From NCBI GenBank assembly GCA_964459435.1, contig CAYWLU010000002.1:1-46685 (forward strand): 46,685 nt of DNA. The letters run 5' to 3'. The stretch's first letter is position 1. The number at the start of each line of letters is the position of its first letter. This DNA is from an uncultured Candidatus Peribacteria bacterium. Lineage in GTDB: Bacteria; Patescibacteriota; Gracilibacteria; UBA4473. Below the pieces are notes generated by a model. The model had not been told where the DNA came from. It worked only from the letters and a program-made list of their open reading frames with translations, and made no database searches. This document shows positions 26,634 to 35,826 of the stretch, one piece after another. The translations under genes and the position numbers were made by a program.

Positions 26634-27854
26634 ATGAAAAAATTTTTTGAAACCATTTCCGAAAAAATCAGTGAAATAAATGAAATAAGAGAAAAACATT
26701 TAAATAAAAAGATAAAGAAAACAATGGAACAAAAAAAGAGTCTTTTTAATAATCAACCTAAAGTAAAAAAAGAAAAACTAGAAATAGAAATAGCCGCAGG
26801 AACAGTAGTAAAAATACTAATTATTATTGCCATCTTCTTTGCTTTAGGAGAAATATTTATTCAATTAAAGAGTATTTTAATAGTCACTATTATTTGTTTC
26901 TTTTTAGCCATGGGCTTATCTCCTATAGTTTCTGCCATAGAGAAAAAACACATTCCTCGTCCAATAGCCATCCTAATTCTCTATATTTTATTTTTAGGAG
27001 TTATAACTATTTTATTTGTTCAAATTATTCCGATTCTAGCAGAACAACTCTTTTCTATTGCCTATGACCTTAAAGAATTTTTTGCTACTAACGAACATAC
27101 TGAAATTCCTTTCTTAAATAAAATTTTCACAATCTTTCAATTTGATCCACTGGAAGCCGAAAAATTTATTGCAGATAATCTAACTGCTATTTCTAAAAAT
27201 CTACAAAGCGTAGCCGGATCAACATTTTTAATTCTAAGTGAAATATTTCAAGGAGTATTTAATTTTATTTTTGCACTAGTAGTTTTATTTTTTATTTTAA
27301 TGGAAAGAGAGCAAATAGGTCACTTCTTTCTAGCACTTATTCCAGGAAAAGAACGAAAATACTTTTTAGATAAAACCCTTGTCATTCAAAAGAAAATGTC
27401 TGATTGGTTTAGAGGACAAATTATTCTCATGATATCTATTGGACTAGCAATGTATGTCGGAATGAAGATTTTTGAACATTTTTTTGACATGCCATATGCA
27501 GCCACTATTGGACTCTTGGCTGGAATTATGGAACTTTTCCCCTATGTGGGAGTTTTAATCACCGGAATCCTTTCTGGATTAATTGCTCTAAATGTTTCTT
27601 GGATATTAATGTTACTGGTTATTGCTTGGATGATACTTATCCAATTTTTAGAAGGAAATTTACTAGTTCCACTTGTTATGGAAAAAGTGACGGGACTTCC
27701 TTCTGTAGTAGTAATTCTTGCTTTAGCTGTTGGTGGAGTATTAGGAAATGCCGCAGGAGGCGTTCCTTTGTCTATTCTAGGTATGATTTTATCAATTCCG
27801 ATAGCAGCATCTGTAGGGATATTTGTAGATGAATATGCGAAAAAGAAACACTAA
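26634..27854 (+). CDS. AI-2E family (PerM-like) transporter
   Basis: Multiple TMs; WFRGQ, ELFPYVG, QFLEGNLLVP, ILSIP. Confidence 0.9.
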   Translation: MKKFFETISEKISEINEIREKHLNKKIKKTMEQKKSLFNNQPKVKKEKLEIEIAAGTVVKILIIIAIFFALGEIFIQLKSILIVTIICFFLAMGLSPIVSAIEKKHIPRPIAILILYILFLGVITILFVQIIPILAEQLFSIAYDLKEFFATNEHTEIPFLNKIFTIFQFDPLEAEKFIADNLTAISKNLQSVAGSTFLILSEIFQGVFNFIFALVVLFFILMEREQIGHFFLALIPGKERKYFLDKTLVIQKKMSDWFRGQIILMISIGLAMYVGMKIFEHFFDMPYAATIGLLAGIMELFPYVGVLITGILSGLIALNVSWILMLLVIAWMILIQFLEGNLLVPLVMEKVTGLPSVVVILALAVGGVLGNAAGGVPLSILGMILSIPIAASVGIFVDEYAKKKH

Positions 27855-27857
27855 ATA

Positions 27858-27977
27858 GGGGTTGCTGAATTTGCGAATTTCTTCGTCAAAACCTGCTGTA
27901 CTCGACGCAGTATGAGTACAATACAGCTTACTCCGTTCCTCTCTTTTTCCTCGACTTTCATTAAATTCAGCAACCCC
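27858..27977 (-). mobile_element. 120-bp palindromic element, TA-flanked, second copy
   Basis: TA-GGGGTTGCTGAATTT...AAATTCAGCAACCCC-TA; supplies the prmC stop codon. Confidence 0.88.
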
Positions 27978-28791
27978 TAAATATTCTGCTAAACCTAGTT
28001 TCTTCATTCAGATCTTCAAAAAACTCTATTTCATAATCAGAAAAAATCTGAGATATTTCCTCTTTTTGCAATGGCAAAAACTCTAACCATAATTCATTGA
28101 ACACAATCTGTTTATCTTTGATTTGAACGGCTAATTCTCTAATTAACCCTAAACCATCTCTTCCTGCAAAAATAGCCCCTCTGGGCTCTTTTTCGACCTC
28201 TGGGGAAACTTCTATTTCTTCTGGAACATAGGGAAGGTTAGCAGTAATAATATTAAAAGAAGAATTTAATGAAATTTTAGATAAAAGATCCGATTTAATA
28301 AACTTATTATTCTTTATCTCTAGATTCTGAATATTATATTTTGCTACCTTTAAAGCTTTTGATGACTTATCTAAAAGATAAATACTTACTTCTGGAAACT
28401 TTTTAGCTAAAAATATAGCTATATTCCCCGACCCAGTCCCAATATCTAGAATAGATTCTATTTTAAAATCCCTCTTTATTGAACAAATTTTTTGTACAAG
28501 AATCTCTGTTTCGTCGCGAGGAATCAAAACATTCTTATTTACTTTTATTCTAAACCCAGCCCAATTTTTATATCCTAAAATGTAAGCTAAAGGAATTCTC
28601 TTCTTTCTTTGTTGAACAAAAAATTTGTTCAAGAAATATTGCCACCAAGATATTTTTTTATGAGAATTCGTTTTTAAAAATATGCGATTGCAATGTAAAA
28701 CCTCACAAAGTAAAACTTCCGCCTCTAATTTTGGATTGTCTAAATCTTTTAATTCTCTTGTTGCCAAACCCAAAACATTTTGTATTTCCAT
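27967..28791 (-). CDS. prmC: Release factor glutamine methyltransferase PrmC/HemK
   Basis: PLAYILG, VLIPRDETE, LDIGTGSGNIA, ANLPY, GRDGL. Confidence 0.93.
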   Translation of the reverse strand: MEIQNVLGLATRELKDLDNPKLEAEVLLCEVLHCNRIFLKTNSHKKISWWQYFLNKFFVQQRKKRIPLAYILGYKNWAGFRIKVNKNVLIPRDETEILVQKICSIKRDFKIESILDIGTGSGNIAIFLAKKFPEVSIYLLDKSSKALKVAKYNIQNLEIKNNKFIKSDLLSKISLNSSFNIITANLPYVPEEIEVSPEVEKEPRGAIFAGRDGLGLIRELAVQIKDKQIVFNELWLEFLPLQKEEISQIFSDYEIEFFEDLNEETRFSRIFRGC

Positions 28792-28850
28792 GTATCTCAA
28801 AAAAGTATAGAAAAAAATACATTATTCAACAAGCTAGAAGTTACACGAAC

Positions 28851-28981
28851 TAAGATCTTGCTAAAAAATACCGTTATGCGAGGCGTAGAACGAAAAGCAA
28901 AGCGATGGCGTACATAAACTGTACGAAGAGCTGCTTTTTGATCTACAACGAAGGAAAAGGGTGTTTTTTAGCAGATCCCTA
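28851..28981. mobile_element. ~130-bp TA-flanked palindromic element
   Basis: Imperfect TIR TGCTAAAAAATACC / GGTGTTTTTTAGCA; central CGTACA..TGTACG hairpin; right end coincides with rpsU stop. Confidence 0.65.
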
Positions 28982-29185
28982 GCTCAAAAACTGTTTCTTT
29001 TTAGTCTCAGCTCTATGTTTCTCTCTAACCACTGCCGCATTACGAACATCTATTTTACGAGGACTCTGTCTAAAATAACGGAGCGTTCTAAACTTTTGAA
29101 GAAGTCTTCTAGATTTAATATGATTAGAAAATCGCTTGAGCAATTTATCACCAGATTCACCGTCTCGTTTCAATACCTTTATCAT
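28979..29185 (-). CDS. rpsU: 30S ribosomal protein S21
   Basis: MIKVLKRDGESGDKLLKRF...RYF basic S21 pattern. Confidence 0.8.
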   Translation of the reverse strand: MIKVLKRDGESGDKLLKRFSNHIKSRRLLQKFRTLRYFRQSPRKIDVRNAAVVREKHRAETKKKQFLS

Positions 29186-29256
29186 CGGGAAAGAGTTTAG
29201 TTTTTGCTTTAATCTTGTCAATATTTTTTATAATTTCTCACAGCTTTTTATCAACC

Positions 29257-29374
29257 GTCATTGCGATCAGGATGATCTTGCAATGAACGAAGTGAATTGG
29301 AAGAGCTTGCCGAGAAGTAATCTGTTATTTATTAAGAAAATAGATTGCCACGTCGCTCCGCTCCTCGCAATGAC
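29257..29374. repeat. REP-like family A element
   Basis: GTCATTGCGATC...AGATTGCCACGTCGC...CTCGCAATGAC. Confidence 0.85.
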
Positions 29375-29399
29375 AATACTGAAAACTTTTATTTTATAC

Positions 29400-30623
29400 T
29401 TAATCTAAGGGACTAAACGTAAAAACTGCAAAATCTCTATTTTCAAATCCTATAGGAGCAGATCTCAAACTTCCCGTTCTTTCTGAATTTTCTTTATTAA
29501 AAACACTGATCATTGAAGCATCTGCCTGCAAAACAGATATTTTCCCTAGTCCAGTTCTAGCATAATAACTTTCTTCAGGATTAAATTTAAGTTTTACTCT
29601 AAAAACCTTCTCTTCTTCAGGTTCTATGTTCATATCAATCCCACCAAAGAAAATCGTACCTGTTCTATTTACTGCTTCTTCTAAAATCACCCCAGCACCT
29701 CGAAGCTGAACTAAAAAACTACTAGTAGGACCCTGATTAGTTGATTCAAAACGAAGTCTCAGTTCCATTGAATGCAAAACAACTCGATCATCTAAAGTAT
29801 TTTTCATTCGTATTGTCCCAAAATCTACCCAATCAGAACTCAATAAAACTTCTAATTCTTCTTCTCTAGGAACGACATCAAGTGAAACCTGTTTTTTTTC
29901 AATATCAAAACCTTGTTTATTAGGATTAAAATCTCTTGGTTTTATGGCTGTACGCCTCGCATCTCGTCTATTTCCGGTAGCAAACTCATTACTTTTAGAC
30001 TCACCCATTAAACGAGGTTTTTGAACAATTTCTGAAATCATCCAAGCAGCATCAGCTCTACTTACTGGGTCGGAAGGATTGAATTTATTCGATTTTTCCC
30101 GAATAAGCCCATTAGCCGATAAATTAAAAACTGGCTCCGCAAACCAAATCCCTGCTGGTACATCTTCAAACCCAGGGTCTTCCTCTTTTTCTAGCTCAAA
30201 AGCACGCATGATTAAAGTCGCCCATTCTGCCCGATTCACAATTTTCTCTGGACGAATTGTTCCATCAGGAAAGCCCTTTATCCACCCTCTATTTGCCGCT
30301 TCTATCACCGCCCCAGAAAACCACTCTCCGCGAGGAACATCCGAAAACTCTATGTCTTTAACTCGTCCACTATCCTCAAAATCAATTCCCTTTGTCCGAA
30401 AAATAATAACTAAAGCCTCAGCCCTATTCAATTCTTTATTAGGCTTGAAAGTACCATCCCCAAATCCAGTAATAATTTCCTTTTCTTTCACTCTTTCTAC
30501 AGCTGAAATTGCCCATTGTGGAATATCTGCATCATCTTGATAACGAAAAACTTGAGCAAAAACAGTAGAAAAAAATCCTAAAATTACAACAACCGTTCCC
30601 AGTAAAAAATGCGATCTAAACAT
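29400..30623 (-). CDS. S-layer homology (SLH) domain secreted protein
   Basis: Signal peptide; three SLH repeats (GFGDGTFKPN..NRAE, FSDV..WF, GFPDGTIRP..NRAE, SRAD). Confidence 0.9.
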   Translation of the reverse strand: MFRSHFLLGTVVVILGFFSTVFAQVFRYQDDADIPQWAISAVERVKEKEIITGFGDGTFKPNKELNRAEALVIIFRTKGIDFEDSGRVKDIEFSDVPRGEWFSGAVIEAANRGWIKGFPDGTIRPEKIVNRAEWATLIMRAFELEKEEDPGFEDVPAGIWFAEPVFNLSANGLIREKSNKFNPSDPVSRADAAWMISEIVQKPRLMGESKSNEFATGNRRDARRTAIKPRDFNPNKQGFDIEKKQVSLDVVPREEELEVLLSSDWVDFGTIRMKNTLDDRVVLHSMELRLRFESTNQGPTSSFLVQLRGAGVILEEAVNRTGTIFFGGIDMNIEPEEEKVFRVKLKFNPEESYYARTGLGKISVLQADASMISVFNKENSERTGSLRSAPIGFENRDFAVFTFSPLD

Positions 30624-30700
30624 GGTTTTTACACTAAAAATCTCTCTAAAGAAGATTATCTACATTTGATTATTTTTGCAAATTCTGATACAAATAATTC

Positions 30701-31819
30701 GTGAAAAAACAAAACATCGTCCTCGTTGGTTTCCGCGGTTGTGGAAAAACCAGATTCGGACAAGCTATCGCCAAAGTGACTGGACTACCTTTTGCTGATC
30801 TTGATCTAGAAGTAGAATTCATAATTGGAGAAAAAATAGCCAGTTTTGTAAAAAAACATGGTTGGCAAGTCTTCCGAGAAGTAGAACAAAGAGTAACTCA
30901 TGACTTTTGTCGTAATTTCTCTGGAATTCTAGCAACTGGAAGCGGTACCATTGAAAACTCTAAAAATTTCCAAAATCTCAAAAAAACTGGAACTTTTGTT
31001 TTTTTAAATCCTAATTTTAGTAATGTTAAAAAATATCTTCTTAGTCAAGAAGGAACAGACACTACACCTAGAATGAATCCTGATATCTCTTTCTCTCAAG
31101 AAATAGATCAAATGTGGGAACAAAGAAAGGGAATTTATTCTGCTAGTAGTGAAATAGAAATAAATCCTGACCTAAAAAGCGATTTAAAAAAAGAAGCCGC
31201 CAAAATAGCAGAAACTCTAAAACCCTTGCTCCCAAATATCCCTACACCCAAAAGAATAGCTATTTTTTCTTCTAGTAACGGTAGTACTCTACAAGGAATT
31301 TTAGATGCTAAAGAACGAGGTCGTATTCCTAATACTGAAATATGTCTTTTCCTTACTGATAAAAAAGAAGCTGGTTCTTTAGATAAAGCTAAAAAATTCA
31401 AAATATCACATATTGAAATTCTTGAACCCCAAAAAGGACAAGAAAAAGAAGATTATGATCGTCAATTAATCAATATTCTCCGCGAAGACAACCCTGATTT
31501 AATTCTCCTTGCTGGTTGGATGAGAATTCTTTCACCCCTGTATTGTGAACAATTTGGTCAAATCACCTTAAATGTTCACCCTTCCCTGCTTCCTCAATTT
31601 GCAGGACTAAAGGGAGATGAGGCTCACCAGAAAGTTTTAGAATACGAAGAAAGATATACTGGATGTACAATCCATCGTGTCTCTCAAGAATTAGATGCCG
31701 GAGAGACAGTCTTGCAAAGAAAAGTCTTGGTAGATGAAAATGATTCTGTAGAAACATTGCGACACAAGGTACAAAAACAAGAAATTTTAGGTTTTTGTGA
31801 AATATTGGAGAAAAGATAA
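30701..31819 (+). CDS. Shikimate kinase - phosphoribosylglycinamide formyltransferase (AroK-PurN) fusion
   Basis: N-half GFRGCGKT, DLD, FREVE; C-half IAIFSSSNGS, LAGWMRIL, NVHPSLLP, GCTIHRV, ELDAG. Confidence 0.88.
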   Translation: MKKQNIVLVGFRGCGKTRFGQAIAKVTGLPFADLDLEVEFIIGEKIASFVKKHGWQVFREVEQRVTHDFCRNFSGILATGSGTIENSKNFQNLKKTGTFVFLNPNFSNVKKYLLSQEGTDTTPRMNPDISFSQEIDQMWEQRKGIYSASSEIEINPDLKSDLKKEAAKIAETLKPLLPNIPTPKRIAIFSSSNGSTLQGILDAKERGRIPNTEICLFLTDKKEAGSLDKAKKFKISHIEILEPQKGQEKEDYDRQLINILREDNPDLILLAGWMRILSPLYCEQFGQITLNVHPSLLPQFAGLKGDEAHQKVLEYEERYTGCTIHRVSQELDAGETVLQRKVLVDENDSVETLRHKVQKQEILGFCEILEKR

Positions 31820-31870
31820 CAAGTTATAAATCTTCAATCTACAATTATCAATCTTCAATTTAAGGATAGA

Positions 31871-31890
31871 TATTATATTATAATATAATA
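31871..31890. repeat. 20-bp perfect palindrome containing TTATATTATAATATAA
   Basis: TATTATATTATAATATAATA. Confidence 0.85.
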
Positions 31891-31940
31891 GGACTTAGGA
31901 TTTAGAACTTAAAGCTTAGATTAAAAATTAAGAAACTAAT

Positions 31941-32025
31941 GTCATTGCGAGGAACGAAGTGACGAAGCAATCTCATTATTTCAAATAAGAGATTGCCACA
32001 TCCGCCACGGCGGATTCGCAATGAC
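31941..32025. repeat. REP-like family A element
   Basis: GTCATTGCGAGG...GAAGCAATCTC...GAGATTGCCAC...TTCGCAATGAC. Confidence 0.85.
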
Positions 32026-32112
32026 AGCTTATAGGGATGATGTAAAAACTTTTTCTCATTGATAATTGTAGATTGTAGTTTGAAAATTTAATTTCTCATT
32101 CTCCATTCTCCA

Positions 32113-33969
32113 TTACCTCTCCCCTCCTATATACCGTATTTGACTATTAGTTGAAATGCCTGACAACAGGTAGCCACTTAACCAATCCGTAGAATCTGTT
32201 CGATGAGGTCGACTAGAATGATCCGACCAAATAAAATTAGCTCCACTCGTTCGAATATCAGCTAAAGTCCCCGTATTATAATTTGAATCTCTTAGAAAAC
32301 TAACACTCACTGAATCCAAATCAGAATTACCATTTAAATCTGTAAGTTTCAGTTTAAGAACGAATTCAAATTCTGAAGTTCTATTTAAAAGTAATGGATT
32401 AACCGCCTCAAAAATAACTATATCCCCTGCCCCAAGAGAAGGTTCAAAACTAACTCCACTCGTCTCCCTTCCTCCAATAAGCTGTTTTAATTCGAAATCA
32501 TCCGCAGACCTTCCTCCTGAAAATTCTAAACCAGATGAACGAACAACTAAAGACATTCTACCAAGAGAGATATCTCTAGCATCCGAATTAATGATCTTAA
32601 ACTTATAAACCTGAGTTAAATTTTCGTTTGTAGAAAATCCTTGCGGTTGGTTTTCAGAAGGTTCCATACTTAATTCCCCTCCCGCACGAACAGCTATAAA
32701 AGTTTCTGAATTTGTTAAAAAATTCTTATTAGCAGTTGGTACTTCTCGTCCAGATCCATATCCATAAACTATTAAATCTTCTGGAGATATTTCTAACTTA
32801 AATCTTGTATCTTGAGTTTCATGATTTACTCGATCGGACAATCTAACTTCGAAAGCAATTCGACGACTATCTTCCCGATCAACTCGTACCGAAGGACTAA
32901 AATGAAATTTTGCTCTACCCCCAGAAAAACGAGATTCACCCAATACTAAACCTGTTTCCTGATCTAACGCCCTTATCCTATTCACAAAAGAATCAATATC
33001 ATTACCATAAAAATTTTCTATCGTAACTTCTTGGATAAACATATCATCGTAATGAGCCTCAAAATTAAAAGCTAAGGCAATCGTACTTTCACTACTAGAA
33101 ACCGCTTTCCCATATATTTGTTGTTGAGTCTGACTAGTAATAACTGGGTTACCTGAAGTTTGTGGAGCAGGATTAAAAGCAATAACTTCTGAAGCCATGT
33201 CTCCGCTATTAACAGCTTTTACTTCTGTTTGCGCTAATTCTTTGACACCAACCGCCTCCAACAATCTAATCTGAAACGATCCAGGAATATTGGGAGTTAT
33301 CTCTGGATTATGGATTTTTAAATCAATACCAAATCTTAAATCCTCGCCTTTCGCCATTCGTGCCTGACGAAATTTAAGAGTAACTTTTCCATCTGAATTA
33401 AACTGAAAAGATTCTTCTACGGTCTGTAAATTACCAGTTTCTGCAAACTCTTCAAAATTAACACTCAAATCAAATTTAGTAGGGTCTTCTGCCAACCCAC
33501 TACTCGCAAACATCTGAAAAGTTAAAGTATCTAATAACAAAGCTTCCACAAAATCAGTAGAACGAGTGTTATTAGCATGAGAAAGACCTATTTCAAAAAC
33601 ATGAACTGGAGTTGCATCAATTACTGAGAATGGTTGTTTAGGTCTAATAGGATTTACGCTCACTCGCAAATTACTTACTTTAACGGAACTATAGACTCTT
33701 TTATTAGAACGCTGAACTGTATTAGTTTTCCGAGAAGGTTCCTCTGGAACAACAGTACTCACACTTCTATTCCGATTGCTATAATATCCTGGCCCCCAAG
33801 TAGGAGTATTTCTTTTAATAGAACGATAAGTCCTTCTCGTTTTATTCACTCTTCTGATCCAATTTTCCCAATATTCTGGACCATAAGTAGAGTAAGTCAC
33901 TGCCTCAACCACTTCTAAAGCAAAACAGAACACAAAAAGTCCAAATAATGATAAAATGATTTTTTTCAT
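32113..33969 (-). CDS. Secreted protein with Arg-rich N-terminus and repeated beta-sandwich-like domains
   Basis: Signal peptide MKKIILSLFGLF...VEA; start moved because 34051-34078 is a terminator. Confidence 0.75.
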   Translation of the reverse strand: MKKIILSLFGLFVFCFALEVVEAVTYSTYGPEYWENWIRRVNKTRRTYRSIKRNTPTWGPGYYSNRNRSVSTVVPEEPSRKTNTVQRSNKRVYSSVKVSNLRVSVNPIRPKQPFSVIDATPVHVFEIGLSHANNTRSTDFVEALLLDTLTFQMFASSGLAEDPTKFDLSVNFEEFAETGNLQTVEESFQFNSDGKVTLKFRQARMAKGEDLRFGIDLKIHNPEITPNIPGSFQIRLLEAVGVKELAQTEVKAVNSGDMASEVIAFNPAPQTSGNPVITSQTQQQIYGKAVSSSESTIALAFNFEAHYDDMFIQEVTIENFYGNDIDSFVNRIRALDQETGLVLGESRFSGGRAKFHFSPSVRVDREDSRRIAFEVRLSDRVNHETQDTRFKLEISPEDLIVYGYGSGREVPTANKNFLTNSETFIAVRAGGELSMEPSENQPQGFSTNENLTQVYKFKIINSDARDISLGRMSLVVRSSGLEFSGGRSADDFELKQLIGGRETSGVSFEPSLGAGDIVIFEAVNPLLLNRTSEFEFVLKLKLTDLNGNSDLDSVSVSFLRDSNYNTGTLADIRTSGANFIWSDHSSRPHRTDSTDWLSGYLLSGISTNSQIRYIGGER

Positions 33970-34047
33970 ACATATAGTATAACGAAAATAAATTAAATTT
34001 GTGACATTATTCTCACAGAAAACAAAAAGTCTCCAATTTTTTGTTTT

Positions 34048-34078
34048 AAAAAACCGCCTCAATTATTTGAGGCGGTTT
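34048..34078 (-). terminator. Intrinsic terminator
   Basis: AAACCGCCTCAA-loop-TTGAGGCGGTTT with T-run on the minus strand. Confidence 0.75.
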
Positions 34079-34105
34079 ATACTTTCTATTACTCAGTAAA
34101 ATTTC

Positions 34106-34996
34106 TTATGCTCCCTGTAAAAAAATTCTAAAAGAATCAAAAATCTTTTTAGATACTCCAATAAATCTAGACGCATTCCTTACGGAAGTTTTTGTTTCGA
34201 TAATATACATACCACCTTCCAAGTCAGCAACAATATAACGGTTGATATATCGTTCCGTACCTTCTTCTGTGCCAACAAAACTTTCAGTATAAGTTTTAGT
34301 CTGAATGTTTTCACCTAAAATAGTATCTGAAAAATGGGTTTGTCGCGTAATAGGGGGAGTAATAATTATCTTATCCCGAGAAGTTTTGTAATTTTCATTT
34401 CTAGATAAAGTAATAGCACAAGCCATAAATCCGCTCATACAACTAGATTCCGCTCTTTTAATAGAAACTGTAAAATCACTGTAATTAGAAGTGAAAAAAT
34501 GACCTTCATCTCCAGATAGATTCCAAGATTTTGGAATTTGAACAGAAAACGAATCATTCTCAAAAGTTTCAAAAACTTCTACTGCATCTTGAATTTTCTG
34601 GAAAGAAATAGCCTCCACTTTATTTAGGTTTGATTTCCAAGCTAAAGTTCTATCTCCTGTTGCCCGCAAAGGACGACGAAGATTGGCTTCTGCCTCCAAA
34701 GAACCTCCTTCGGAAAAAGCATTGCGAGTATCATGTAAAGAATAGCGAAGATTTCTACTAGTATTAACACCACGACGGCGTGAATTTTTTTGAGTAGAAA
34801 TTAAAGATCTTCTTACTGTTCCTTTTCTTTGTGTAAAAGTTCGCACTTTATAGATAGAAGTAGGAACCTTTTTTTGTCGTTCTAATTTCTGACGATACAA
34901 ATAAGTATGATAAGTATCACGAGAAGCATCTGTAAAAGGAATTACAGCACTGACTACAAGAGCTAAGCCGAGACCGATAGAAAGTAATTTATTCAT
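34106..34996 (-). CDS. Secreted protein, Arg-rich N-terminus plus PsbP-like C-terminal domain
   Basis: Signal peptide; FSVQIPKSW...KKIFDSFRI pattern. Confidence 0.7.
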   Translation of the reverse strand: MNKLLSIGLGLALVVSAVIPFTDASRDTYHTYLYRQKLERQKKVPTSIYKVRTFTQRKGTVRRSLISTQKNSRRRGVNTSRNLRYSLHDTRNAFSEGGSLEAEANLRRPLRATGDRTLAWKSNLNKVEAISFQKIQDAVEVFETFENDSFSVQIPKSWNLSGDEGHFFTSNYSDFTVSIKRAESSCMSGFMACAITLSRNENYKTSRDKIIITPPITRQTHFSDTILGENIQTKTYTESFVGTEEGTERYINRYIVADLEGGMYIIETKTSVRNASRFIGVSKKIFDSFRIFLQGA

Positions 34997-35011
34997 GGTA
35001 TGAAAAATTAT

Positions 35012-35524
35012 TTAAGAAGTTAAAGAATTATTTTTAGTATATGTTTCTTTTGTATTTGCTGAATCAATTCGTAAATCAATACGAACTTTAGAATTTATAG
35101 TTTTTGAAATAGCTAATTTAGTTTTCGCACTCATTTGAGAAGCTCGATAATCTAAAAAACTTTCTCTAACTAAAGAATATCTTCCATTATTTGCCAAACA
35201 ACGATCACAACGATTCAGTTCTCTTTCGTTAGGCCGACGATACTTGAAAGATCCACGCCGATCAGTAAATGTTCTTAATTTCCGTGTTGGAGCATAACAA
35301 CAATTTATCTTAGAATTGGGAAAATAAGTTCTAATATCCACATAATTACGAGGACAACGAACCATTTCTGGTCCAAAACGATTTTCTTCTTCCGCCCAAA
35401 CCTGATTTGGTTGAGCAGTCTTGGTAGAAGGATACGGAAGTACAACCCCCTCTGCTTCTATATTAGCTATTAAAGCTGAAGCAGATAATCCTAGTCCGAG
35501 AATAAAAAAGTAAATTTTGTTCAT
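35012..35524 (-). CDS. Secreted hypothetical protein, Cys/Arg-rich
   Basis: Signal peptide ending EA; five Cys. Confidence 0.6.
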   Translation of the reverse strand: MNKIYFFILGLGLSASALIANIEAEGVVLPYPSTKTAQPNQVWAEEENRFGPEMVRCPRNYVDIRTYFPNSKINCCYAPTRKLRTFTDRRGSFKYRRPNERELNRCDRCLANNGRYSLVRESFLDYRASQMSAKTKLAISKTINSKVRIDLRIDSANTKETYTKNNSLTS

Positions 35525-35653
35525 CTCTATAAAATATAAACCAACCAGCTGACTTACATAAATCAGCTTTTTTGTTTTTTATTTTTATTCGACAATCTTT
35601 TTAAATGAAAAACAGAATTTTGTCAAACTTTTTCTATACTTTTTTAATTTTTT

Positions 35654-35740
35654 GTCATGCCAGATTTATTCTGGTATCTAACCACAAAGCAAAGCAGATG
35701 CTTAATCGACAGCCAGATCCCGCAATAAATGCGGGATGAC
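35654..35740. repeat. Family B element
   Basis: Near copy of 7083-7169 including interior. Confidence 0.8.
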
Positions 35741-35804
35741 AAAGGGTGAAATCCATGATGACAAACAATATCCCCCCGATGCAAGCATCGGGTAAATCTT
35801 CCAA

Positions 35805-35820
35805 TTATATTATAATATAA
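35805..35820. repeat. TTATATTATAATATAA palindrome (exact)
   Basis: 6 nt past the stop at 35827. Confidence 0.85.
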
Positions 35821-35826
35821 CACCTT

